Under the pieces are notes generated by a model. It was given only the letters and a program-made list of their open reading frames with translations. It did no database searches and was not told where the DNA came from. Positions 1 through 12,555 of a stretch of DNA of 64,000 nucleotides are shown one piece after another. Position 1 is the first letter of the stretch. Every line of letters begins with the position of its first letter. The stretch is from Octopus sinensis (lineage: Eukaryota). The position numbers and the translations under genes were made by a program. Location of the stretch: assembly GCF_006345805.1 (NCBI RefSeq), contig NC_042997.1:50592001-50656000 (forward strand). Direction: 5' to 3'.

Positions 1-1330
1 CATGGGGAAACGACTGGGAAAAATCTATTTGATCATTTGTCAAAGTTAGCTTCTCCCTTTACTGTATGCAACCTCTGATGTGTAGTGAGTATTTAGCCAC
101 GTGAAATCAAATGAAGATAAGCGCCAAGCATAGAAACACAAAACAACAATTTGGACATCAAATATGGACTTGAACGAAGTGGTAAATGTTGTTATGATTA
201 TTAACTACATAGAAAACTTGTAAAGAAAATTTGATTCGTTGATGCTTGAAAACCATGTGAAGCTGCAAATTCAACATCAAAAGAAATTGATTGGGAAATT
301 TTCAAATATATTACGAAGTAAAAATAATAACCTTAACACAACAAAATCTCGCATAGAAATCTCACAAGAAAAAAAAAGGAATGCAGCTTCAATAACAGAC
401 AGCCAGAGTCAAAATCCATTGATTCGGTCGCAAATGCAACGACGAAAAAGCTGTCTGGAATAGATAAATAAGTGGAAATTGAACCGGTGACTATCATACT
501 GAGGCTCTATGATTCTCCCTAGATTCAACCTTAATTTCACTTTATTTCATTTAGAATAGAAATATTTAACATTAATCTTTTGACAATAACACCTATTTAT
601 GTGAATTTTTGCTTAGCTACTTTTTTCTTGATTTGTACTTTTGACTTTTATATAATGCACATTTTAGTGACTTTTAGCTATCGAAATAATAGTGCTTTTT
701 AAAACTTTGATTTAGCAACCACTTACCAAGCTATATTCTCTCATGATTGGCCGCTAGCTATGTTGCATTGTACATATCTTAGGTAGAGATGAAATAGCCC
801 AATAAGGAAATTTTGCGATATTTGGTGAAAAGTGTTAAGTAATGCTAGATTTTTGAACAACCGGTATTTCATTTTCAGTGACCTTTCTCGACAAGTGACT
901 ATATATATTTTCTGGGAAAATTGACTACAATAAATTATTCTGACAAACTTCGAGCATAATGGACGTTTCCAGGCTGGAACTTTTGTATTCTGATGTCATT
1001 TACAAAGGACAAAAGCTAGATGATTTAGAGCTAACGAGAAAGACCTTGAGTGGTCGCTCTATCTACTAGAAATGGACATGACAGTCAACTCAAAATACAC
1101 TCTACTGTTTTTAGATACGGATCTATTAGATAATATGGTCCTCTGTCTCTATGCATAGGATCAAACTGGATGGTCATGTCTGGGATGTCTTGTTTATGAA
1201 GCTAATCGATCAGCACCTTCCACATAAAAAGCAACAACAATTTTGCTTTCATTTTCTTTTGTTATTCTTTCATTGTTATTCGCATAGAGACACATATACA
1301 CATGCTCGGACACGTGAACACACACACAAC

Positions 1331-1545
1331 GTGTGTGTGTATGTGTGTGTTTGTCCCCCACAGCGCTTGACAACCGATTATGGTGTGTTTACGTCCCTGT
1401 AACTTAGCAGTTTGGCCAAAGTGACCGATAGAATAAGTACTAGGCTTACAAAAAGTAAGTTCTGGGATCGATTTGTTCGACAAAAGGCAGTGCTCCAGCA
1501 TGATCGCAGTCAAATGACTGAAACAAGTAAAAGGAATAAAAGAAT
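1331..1545 (+). mobile_element. SINE family B (CORE-like tRNA-SINE), 3' part
   Basis: Matches the 3' half of the full copy at 62101-62491 and ends in CAAATGACTGAAACAAGTAAAAG..ATAAAAGAAT. Confidence 0.85.
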
Positions 1546-1589
1546 GTATACATGCAAACTGAAAGGAAGCAAAGACTGAAGATTTCCAG

Positions 1590-2585
1590 ACGATGAGTAT
1601 ATAAGTCCGGAGAGCCACCTTTGCTAGCTACGCAGACGATACGAAAGTCTCGCAGAAATACAAACCCTAGCGATATTGCACGCCTGCAGCAGGAGTTGTA
1701 CGCAATTTACAGATGGACTGAGGACAATAATATGCAGCTTAATGCTGCAAAAGCCCCAGCCTGTAACCAAAACTGAACGAAAAGCTAAGGTACACTGGCC
1801 CTGGGGTGGTGGGGATTACAATCCCAGAACCTAAATCGGTGCGTGACCTGGGTATCGACATAAGTGATGATACCTCTTTCCAAGTGCACATCACCAAGAT
1901 GGCTACAAAGTGCACACATCTGGCTGGTTGGATTCTGAGAACCAGAGAGAAGGAAATCATGATGGTCCTCTGGGAGACATTCCTCCTCAGCCACGTGGAC
2001 TACTGCTCCCAACTATTTTCACTCCACAGTGTAAAATTAACAGCGGACCTTGAAGCAATCCAGTGAATCTTCACAAAGAAGATCTTCTCATTGCAACAAT
2101 TCAGCTACTGGGAAAGGCTGAAACAGCTAAGACTCTACTCCTTGGATCGAAGGCGGGAGAGGTATGCAGTAATATACATTTGGAAGATCCTAGAAGGGAT
2201 TGTACCAAATTTTGGCATTGAAAGCTACACAAATGCCAGAACGGGTCGCCATTGCACAGTACCAAAGTTCCCAACAATGCCGTCTCGCTTCAGGACCAGT
2301 TACTGCAATAGCCTGGGTTTCAGAGGCCCAGATATTTTTAATATTCTCCCAAAGAGCCTGAGGGACCTACAAAAGGTGTATGTAGGTGGTTTCAAAACAA
2401 AGCTGGACCTGTTCCTGTCGAGAGTACCAAATGAACCTACCTTGCGGCATGAGGCGCAAATAAGGGCAGTGATATCAAACTCCCTTATTGACCAAATGCC
2501 ACATATCAGAGGAGGCTTTTAATAATAACAGCGTTGCCTCAGCATTGCTACAACTTTGAGCTGAAACCGATCGAAAAAAAAACAG
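1590..2585 (+). mobile_element. 5'-truncated CR1/L2-group LINE, disrupted RT C-terminus
   Basis: FASYADDTK (YADD at 1629-1640), KSVRDLGIDI, DYCSQL, YWERLKQLRLYSLDRRRERY. Frameshifts and stops are present. Confidence 0.85.
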
Positions 2586-3144
2586 ATCAAGCTTACACAG
2601 AATACGCAATGACAGAGAAAATTAAAAGGATGCAAGTGAGGTATTATAAGTTCAATAGCTGTTTCTGGGGTCTCGAAAATCCATCACAATGTTGGTAGAT
2701 GTGGTTCACCAAAATATACATCCAGTAATGGAAGCAAATGAACATTGGATAAATCGAACCTCCTTCATCAGAGTAATATATATATATATATACATATATA
2801 TACACACACACTCTCTCTCTCTCTCACACACACACACATATATTTCTCTTCCCTATGTGCATTTCTGTTAATATGTACATGCACATATTGAAGTTTGTGT
2901 CAGTGTGCATCTTTAAATATTCATGATTAATGCTACATGTAGAAAAATAAAATAAAACTAACTTGTCTATTGCACAGTAGAAAGATTATGCATTATGCAG
3001 ATAATTCAATATATTTTATAAACGACAGGAAATTTCGATTTCGATTGGGTTCAGTAATTCAATCTATGAAGACATTCGTCTCTTTTCTGTCTGTAAACAG
3101 TCTTTAGCTCTTGATAAATAAGTCCTAGTTATGTGGGAATCAAA

Positions 3145-3440
3145 TGGAAATGCTTGTAAGCCATTCAAGAACACAAAAACCGTTAGTTTCACGGCGCTAC
3201 TTAAATACAGAGGTATCTACGGAACGATATAAAGGGGAGGGTTAGTTAGGGTTCGGGTGTCATTATACGTCAACGCAGCGTACATTTAAACTGTTTTGTA
3301 CGTAACACTTGTATTTAAGTCGTACCGTTAAGGGACCCCTCTATTTAAGTATTGCCAGTTTCACTTCAACATTAAAATTTCATTTGTGTCAAAATAGTTT
3401 CGTCGCTTTGAAACCGCGACCTGTTCACTAACAAAGTATC
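3145..3440 (+). repeat. Dispersed repeat hosting the MITE; uninterrupted relative at about 48400-48512
   Basis: Both loci share TTGTAAGCCATT..AAGAA..CACAAAA..CCGTT and GTCAAAATA..TTTCGTCGCT..ACCGCGACCTGTTCACT. Confidence 0.7.
3193..3356. mobile_element. 164-bp MITE with imperfect TIRs and an 8-bp TSD (Merlin- or hAT-like)
   Basis: Left end GGCGCTACTTAAATACAGAGG; right end reverse-complemented GGCAATACTTAAATAGAGG. AGTTTCAC is duplicated at 3185-3192 and 3357-3364. Confidence 0.8.
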
Positions 3441-4104
3441 ACAAAAGTGATGCTTTTCATTTGTGTGTATGTGTATATATGTGTGTACGCGAGTGCGTAT
3501 TAGTGTGAGTGTGTGTGTGTGTGTCACTGTTGAAGTCGCTAGTGCCACTTGTTTGTACATATATTGGCTTAGTGGTACAGAGTGCTTGGAAACTGTATAA
3601 GGTGCAAGTTTCGAGTACTTGTCGGTAACTTTTTTCTCCTCGTCTTCTTATAGTAATTAGCCAACTCTCTAGGTTCTTCTCACAGCTATCTCGCGTTCAA
3701 AAATTATATGGGTATTTAAAAAAAAATTCGTTCAATAAATACATTACGTATACATTAATAGAATAAACTGTCAGTTTTCCAAATAGCGAATTAAAACTTA
3801 AAATAGAAAGTAAGAGACTTTGAAAACGAGAGACTTTGCAAATGGAATACTCCACAGTGAATGCAATGAATGTTAAAATTAGTGAAGAGTTGGACGCATC
3901 TTTAAATTTGATAGAAATTGGAGCTAAATGTTTCAATAAACTTGGGAAATCGAAATTATAGGAAATTTCTTGGCTGATGAATTTCTAAAAAATATTTCCA
4001 GACGGTCGACCCTTTAATAGTTTCTTTTTCTCTTTAGCATTTTTAGAAATTCTTACATACCTAATTAATAAGCAACTTTCTCCATTATAGCATATATATA
4101 TATG

Positions 4105-4173
4105 TTCGGCTAAAGGTGGTGCTCCAGCATGGCCGCAGTCAAATGACTGAAACAAGTAAAAGAATAAAAGAAT
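4105..4173 (+). mobile_element. SINE family B tail fragment
   Basis: GGTGCTCCAGCATGGCCGCAGTCAAATGACTGAAACAAGTAAAAGAATAAAAGAAT. Confidence 0.85.
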
Positions 4174-4409
4174 ATTGTTTATGCTCGGTTTGGTGAATTA
4201 CCATGACTGATCTGTCCCCGTATTTTCTGCTTTACAAGTCGGTGCTGTTTATCGTGTAAACATGTAGTGGGGACATTCAAACAACCTTATCTTTCCATTT
4301 GCTGCATTTTACATGGAATCTTTGATCGTCCAAAGTCGTTTTGGCTGCAAATTTTGGAAGTGTGCCGGAAAAATGCGGTATTTCATTTTACTTTTCCCAT
4401 ACATCTCTA

Positions 4410-4839
4410 TCTATACATATAAAGCTGAAGTTGTCTGTGCGTGTGTGTGGCAGGTTTGGTAGTCTTCAACTAACATCATCTCCTCTGCGATCCTGCGCAA
4501 GTTGACCAAAATTGAGAGTATGGTAGAAGAATACTTGCTCTTCATTCTGTAGAAGAAATAATTCAAATCGGACCATGTTAACACCAAAAATTATTTACAT
4601 CAAAAAGGTGCTTTTTTCAATGAAAATCCGTATTTTTTACGATTTTTTTACTGCTGTGTCGCCATATTTCGGTGTATTTCAACCAGAAAAATGTCCACTT
4701 CAAGAGAATAACAAGCTACATAATGTGAATTTTTTTTACTTTTGAAAAAAGATTGAAACTTTTTTAACGCGACATCAAAGTCTGCCGTTTTAAGCGCAAC
4801 TAAAAAACAAACCCGAGCAACGCCGGGCTATACTGCTAG
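4410..4839 (+). mobile_element. Non-autonomous Helitron
   Basis: 5' TCTATACATATAAAG; 3' hairpin CCCGAGCAACGCCGGG followed by CTAG; inserted between A and T with no TSD. Confidence 0.85.
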
Positions 4840-6285
4840 TTTATATATAAATCTTAAAAACACAACTTTGATTTCATATTCGCTTATTATCCATGAGCTG
4901 CATTGTTCAGATATAGATAATCGAAACGTGCATCTAGATGATTGAATTAAAGCATATGACAATATAGAATAAAAATATTTAACTAGAAATGAGCGTTTCT
5001 TCTCTGGATTGCATAGAAGTGGATAGAAAAAAGATTCCTTTTGGTTAATACAATACCAGATTTTAATTGGCTTCTAACTTCCTTTCTATAATTTGCATTG
5101 AATAGTGATTAGTTAACTTTTTCATGAACAGAAAAAAAGGGAAGTATTTTATTAAACAGTAAGAAATGGAATAATACAAAATACGATAAAAATGGCAGGA
5201 AATGTTAAAAGTCATTCAAGATTAGGAATTAGAAGTACGAAGTCGTTTGCTCCCATTTCTGATAATAAACAGCCTTTGACTGTTTATTACTAGAACTGGG
5301 ACATAGCTAAGCGATAGAATAATACTACAATTGCATAATAGATGCTGGTTTCATCCATGGAATTCAAAGCCTCACCTTCTTGGATGAAATATCTCGCCAC
5401 AAAACAAATAAAGACTATCGAGATTTCTTCCTCCTTTTCTACCACCTTTCCCTCCTCTTCCTCCTCTTTCTCTTCTTCTTTCTCCTCCTCCTCCTCCTCC
5501 TCCTGCTCTCTACCAGCTCCATCATCATGATAATCATTATCATTTTACATCTATTTTCCATGCTGGCACAGATTGTACGAGTCTCCAACTTCTGAGCTAG
5601 TTCCCTTTCGAAATTATTGCATTCCTAGACGGGTCGGAGGGCTAAATCTCACTCATGTGTCTCAACTTTAGCTTTGTTTCTATGGCTAAATGTCCTTCTA
5701 AACAACAACCACTTTACAGAATATACCGGATTGTTTTATAGTATTTTTCAATATGAAAGTCGACTTAGTGAATCAAACCTAATAAATCAAAAAACCTTCA
5801 GCTTCAATGTAAATATTTTATTGTATACTTCTCAGACTAGACAGCCTCGACATTGAGAGTTCGGCTTAGTTTATGAGTTATCGACTTTTATTGTTTTTAA
5901 TAAAATTCTTTAATAGCTTCAATAAAAAGAAATGACAGCCAAGTGCCTAAAACCTCAAAATGCTGAACTAAAGTATTTGGCACCTTTTCTTATATTCTGA
6001 GTGCAAAGTCTACTTGTAAATTCGTTGATTTTCATTCTTTCTATGTTGATAAGATAAATACCAGTCAAAGACTAGCTTCGGAGTAAGCAATTATGAACTT
6101 CCCTCGAGATTCAAAGCTTCTGTCAATGATAAAAAATCAATATCAAAATTTATCAGACATAGAACAGAGGTAGAATTGGCATAGGTTACTATGTAGTCGT
6201 AGGTTACCCAACTAGATGCTTTACAATTTAACCTTATCTTTTCATCAACCACCAGTTGATAAGTTAAAGACCATTAATACATTAC

Positions 6286-6720
6286 TGCTGGATAAGGTGG
6301 CGAGCTGGCAGAAGCGTTATGACATCGGGCAAAATGCTTAGCGAAATTTCGTCCGCCTTTACGCTCTTTGAGTTCAAATTCCACGGAATCAATTTTCTTT
6401 AAAAGTTTGCTAGGTAGTTTATAATAACAACATTTACCACTTCGTTCTAGTCCATGTTTGATGTCCAAAATGTTGCTTTGTGTTTCTCTGCTTGACACTT
6501 ACGCTCATTTGCTTTCAAAAACTTCATGTGGCTAAATACTCACTCCACATCAGTAATTGCGTACAGTACAGGGATAAGTGTTAAAGCTAACTTTGCCTTT
6601 CATCCTTTCGGCGATTGATAAAATAAGTAGCAATTGTGTACTGGGCGGGGAGGGTCAATGTAATCGACATACCTCTTCCGCCGAACTGGGGAGGTCTTGT
6701 GTCAAAATTTGAAAGCAATA
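6286..6720 (+). mobile_element. SINE family A, degraded and split by about 190 bp of unrelated sequence
   Basis: Head AAGGTGGCGAGCTGGCAGAAGCGTT at about 6295-6395; body resumes at about 6590 with ACTTTGCCTTTCATCCTTTCGG. Confidence 0.7.
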
Positions 6721-7793
6721 TATAAGCGTTGGATTATATTCGTTCGCTGCATTTCCTGAAAATGCCTCCCTTGTGCTTCCTCAAAATTAACAAGTATTTA
6801 GTAGCAGTTAATACAGATATCTCACATAGGCACAAGATTTGAATCGCCTGTGGCATATCCCTTACAATTAGATATGTCGATTCTGTTTTAGCTTCTCATT
6901 TTAAATCCTTGCAGATCACTATTACACTGTGTAACTTTACAAAGTAAAAGCCAATTCACTATTTTATTAGGGTCTAAAGAAAACAACTAACATATTAAGA
7001 ACATAGATAACTGGGTTTTATAAAGAATCGAGACCGGGTTTTTAAACCGATACACAATGAACCATTTAGCTACTTATATGAAACTTTTTGGGGGAAAACG
7101 TTACTGTGTGAGGTTTATGCTTTTCCAAAAGCCATTAACTACTTAAGTGGAATAAAATAGTTACGTGCTTTTCATTTCTAGTGTCCAGACTTCTGTCTTG
7201 TAGTAACAACGAGCTCTATAATATTTTATCATATTTAGAATATGAAACGAAGAGAATGACGAGACAGCAGGTTTGAATTTAATGTTTTACAGTTCCTAGT
7301 GTAGTTTCAAACCTCTTGATATTTATCTCTAGGTTTCTAACCTCCAAATTCTAATGGAGTAGAGATTTGTAATATGCAAAACTCCTATTCGATCGACTCC
7401 ATTCATCCCACGCTTACAAATTCTAATGGAGTGCGATGATTCATTTCAGTAACTATGTCTACCAAAATGACTACAGCTACTAATGATAATATTATACAAC
7501 AAAAGCATGATGTATAATATTGTCATGGCGTTGCTCAAGACTCAACAGCGCTAAGCAGATTAATGACACACATTTCTATGGTTAAACATGCGGCTTGTGG
7601 CAACATAGTTCTAGGTCAGTTCGACATTTTTCAGACATAAGTGTATCTAGTTGCTCCGTTAGCCAATGTGTTTAGACTCCTAAAAGAGTAAGTGATGATT
7701 TAGACAAATTTCTCTGCAAAACGAATGACTGCGCAGAGAAAGAAAACCTATCTCTGTCTCGCTCTCTCACAACACCTTCCCGCTCTTTCTTTC

Positions 7794-8270
<477 letters not shown>

Positions 8271-8809
8271 AGTTTCGAAATTTGAACAGAAACGAACAAA
8301 GGAATAAGCGAAAAATACACACAGGACAGGATATTGCTAATTCCTCATCAGTTATCGTCCGAAAGATCCTTACGATTTCACGCCTTTAATGATAATATTG
8401 TTCACCTTTGGTGGCGTCAGCGGCGAGAAGCTGCTGGGAATAGCGAATGATGAAAACAAAACACGACATAATGTGAACATATAAACAAAACAAAACAAAT
8501 ATACATTACACAAAACAAACAAACAAAGCCTTGAGGTTCTATGGGTAACGCAAGGAAAATGTCCTAAAGGATTGGAAACGAAAGGAAAAAATGTGTTGAA
8601 AATAGAAAGGAAGAGAGAAAGGCGACTGATCGACTCGGCGATCAGGTGAAAAAGGAAATGGAGAAGAAAGATGAGAATGACCAGGCATCACGTGGCAGTG
8701 GGGGGAGAGGGGAAAAGTGGAGTAAGGCAGAGACTGAAAGCAACAGAGAGGAAAGTCGGCGGGAGAGGGAAGGAGAGAGCGATAGAGGTGACAGAGAGTA
8801 AGCGAGAGT

Positions 8810-8861
<52 letters not shown>

Positions 8862-9138
8862 GGACAGATAGTCAGACAGGTAGACAGACTGAAATAAGCG
8901 TCGCACAAAAAAACCTCGACTGAATGGATATACAAATAAGAACAAACGTCCATGCATTTGCATTAAATTATAATCTTCAAAATTTGAACAGAAACGAAAC
9001 AAAGGAATGAACAGAAAATTCACAGTGGACAGACAAGCTGTTGCTAGTTTCTCATTAGTTATCATCCAAAAGATCCTTACAATTTCAAACTTGTAACGAC
9101 AATATGCATACATGCATACATGCATACATACATACATG

Positions 9139-9219
<81 letters not shown>

Positions 9220-9247
9220 TATGTATGTATGTATATATGTATGTATG

Positions 9248-9435
9248 TTATTGCATTATCCAGAAACAAAAGTCATTGTAGTACAGTATGGTTTGCAAAG
9301 GTTTAGAGAGCATTTTTAATAGGTATCTACAGGCAAAACTAGTAGTTTCATTAAATCATATATATATATATTACATACATACAGCTTAACAGACATAGAT
9401 ACGCGCACACATATACACATACATATATTTATGTA

Positions 9436-9475
<40 letters not shown>

Positions 9476-9945
9476 CATATATACATACATTCATGTATAT
9501 AATAATATATATACATAATATATAAATATATATATATGTATATATATATACATATATACATGTAAGTATGTGTGTATATATATACCAGCGCAAACAGCGC
9601 TCTTTAGCCTTATTTGACATTACCATTAGGCTTTGTATATGGTAATCAATTGGTACATGTTCTTGTATGTTTATATGTGTGCGCGTATCTATGTCTGTTA
9701 AGCTGTATGTATGTAAAATATATATATATGTGATTTAATGAAACTACGACTTTCGCCTATAGATACCTAGTAAAAACGCTCTTAACAATTTTCTTAAAAA
9801 TTGATACCGTAAAATATCATTGCATGGCGAACCATTCGGTGTCAAAGTCAAACTCCGACTTGGAATATGCTCTTTCTGCAAGTTCCTGAAACCTTTGCAA
9901 ACCATCATGTGCTACAACGACGTTTGTTTCTGGATAATGCAATAA
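9248..9945. repeat. Long inverted repeat, arms 9248-9415 and 9672-9945
   Basis: TTATTGCATTATCCAGAAACAAA...ACAGCTTAACAGACATAGATACGCGCACACATATA is mirrored; the right arm carries about 100 extra bp. Confidence 0.85.
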
Positions 9946-11059
9946 ATAACATCTGTTGCCAACATCATCACACTATGCTCATAGTGTGACGACATTGGCT
10001 TCTTGCATACTGTAGACATAACTAAATGATAAGGTGGGTTAAACCAGATTCGTTTCTGCACGCTTATTCCTCTCAAGTCGGAGCAAGTAAAGGGTTCTGC
10101 ATGTCGGCTAAATTTTCACAGAAGTCACACTTAAAGTCTCCAGTTACGTAATCTGCTGCGTACACTTTTCTTTCGTTTGCAGAAATGTGTATGTGTGTAT
10201 GCGTGTGTGTCTATGCGCGCGCGTGTGTGCGTGTACACGCTCCTATATTGTTCTTAAGTTTAGCAATATATATGTCATGCATATCGAATATTCCGGGGAC
10301 GTCGAACTGTCCAATCTCCTGCCTCAACCCGCTCTGACTTACGAATGATCAGGGAGCTGCAAGTGATTTTATGGGTAATCCCGCAAAGATACTTGATTTT
10401 GATCTTTACGACAGACAGGAAAAAAGGCCTTGAATGTCTTTAGAATATTCAAAATATTTATGAAGAGCCGTGACAAAATGTCTTATTTCCTTTAAATTCA
10501 TATACAGTGGTGTGACCAACACCTCCCAGAGATTCACTAATAGCTTATATTTGAGATTACTTCTCGATATAGAGAGTATGAGACGTTGTTCTCAGTACCA
10601 TTTGTAATAATACACCATGTATTCCAAATATAACAGTTACAAGGAAACTTCGTAAAAACACATCGGAGACTCATTAAGAATGTCACCATTTTGAAATATC
10701 CGAAAACCCACCAGTTAAAGTACTTCAAAGCATCTGGCGATGTCTTGACATTGTTACATTCTTCTTCGAAATGGAGGATACATTTCCCTATTACGGTGCA
10801 GCACATCTTAGACACTTTTGGATGAGCTATCAATGAAGAAGCGCCACTCCTTTTCGGTTACATAAAGTACTGATTGCCTCGAATAGGCAAATTAGATTTG
10901 GAAAAAACAACACTAAAACCTACGTGATAATTTTCTTATATGTTACTTGCAGAATTTTATTTAACCAGTTCTATTGGTTGGTCTTAGACGTCAAAATCTC
11001 GTCAGTTGACATTCTGGGAGCAAGATCTCTGGTCAAGTCGTCGGGGGATGCGGCTTTGC

Positions 11060-11127
11060 GTGTGTGTGTGTGTGTGTGTGAGTGTGTGTGTGTATTTGTG
11101 TGTGTGTGTGTGTGTGTGTATTTGTGT

Positions 11128-11171
<44 letters not shown>

Positions 11172-11332
11172 TGCGTGTGTGTGTGTGCGTGTGTGTGTGT
11201 CTGTGTCTTTTGAGGGTATTTGAGGTTAGCGTAGATTTATCTCCTTAGCTGCACATATAGAATTGCAATCTGTATAAAGAGTGTCTTCCTCTTTTTCCGA
11301 CTCGCAGATCTTTCTCTCGAAGTCTGTTGCAC

Positions 11333-11416
<84 letters not shown>

Positions 11417-11434
11417 ACTCTCTCACTCTCTCTT

Positions 11435-11473
<39 letters not shown>

Positions 11474-11750
11474 GTATATATATATATACATATACATATA
11501 TATATATATATATATATAAAGATTTTCCTTTTCTTTTTGGCACTACGAAGTTTGTCTTGATCCTATCAAGGCATGCCAAGAGATACCTTATAGTGTTTAT
11601 ATACTAAAGCAGATGCTGCTACAGATATGTACAAACGTACGTACGTACCCACCTACCTACGTACCCACCTACCTGCTTACCCACCTACCTATCTTCCTAC
11701 CTACACACATACTTACCTACGTGTGTGTGTATGTGTGTGTGTGTGTGTGT
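11060..11750. repeat. (GT)n, (CT)n, (TA)n and (TACC)n microsatellite cluster
   Basis: Direct reading. Confidence 0.9.
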
Positions 11751-12335
11751 AAATTACTCTTGTCTTGATAAACTGACCACAGACACCACATTCATATATC
11801 ATGGATGGTGTCAAGAGGCTGCAAGCATCTGCCAGATGCTTGCATGCTCTTAACACTTTCTCTGACATATGCAGCTAACCTATCCACTATGATAGATGAC
11901 CTCAGTGCAATTAAGGCCTATCTATCTATGTTCGTATTTACGTTGCTAGAAAGTTCCAGAAAATTCTAGAAATATGTTGAAAATTCTTGAAAGCTCAAGA
12001 AAAATATCTGTCTATCGCTGCCTGTCGGACGCTAGTCAAATGGGCTCCACGTAAGTTGGCCATTTTTACGTGTTTAAAAAACTTTTATTGTCAAATATTT
12101 TGTTTAAAAGTTGTGCGAGAGCATTCACTACAAAACTTCATAAATATTTACATAGAATTTCGCCCCTGTATGGTCGAAATTTCCAGAATTTTGAATGCTT
12201 TCGTGGTTTCATTTTAAACAGTTTTCATTTTGAAAATGGCAACTGGAAACCACGTGGCCAGCGCGCAAGTCATGCGGAACGCTAGCGAGGCGCTACTCCT
12301 ACCATTAGCTGCCAAACTTAACAGACACCGCTGTC

Positions 12336-12367
<32 letters not shown>

Positions 12368-12473
12368 CAACAACAAAACTAATGCCGCAAGGCCATCCAC
12401 TGTCACCGCTACCAAAGACATCAACTTAAATTTTCCTCCACTCCCCACACCACACGTCGATTGACTGACAAAC

Positions 12474-12474
<1 letters not shown>

Positions 12475-12554
<80 letters not shown>
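12475..12554. repeat. (GATA)n array abutting the 3' end of Tx1 copy 1
   Basis: About 20 perfect units. Confidence 0.95.

Positions 12555-12555
<1 letters not shown>

Noticed and set aside
5430-5530. Acidic (poly-E) or Ser-rich coding segment
   Set aside because: A (TCC/TCT)n repeat with no supporting exon context.
10537-10833. 98-aa Cys/Trp-rich minus-strand ORF
   Set aside because: No recognisable domain, Cys-loop spacing or convincing splice sites.
12043-12259. Possible MITE with GGC.CCACGT..CCATTTT ends
   Set aside because: The TIR match is short and gapped, and no TSD was found.
12305-12446. T/N-rich plus-strand frame (LPNLTDTAVTTTTTNNNN..) as a terminal exon
   Set aside because: Explained by (ACC)n(AAC)n repeats, with a poor acceptor context.
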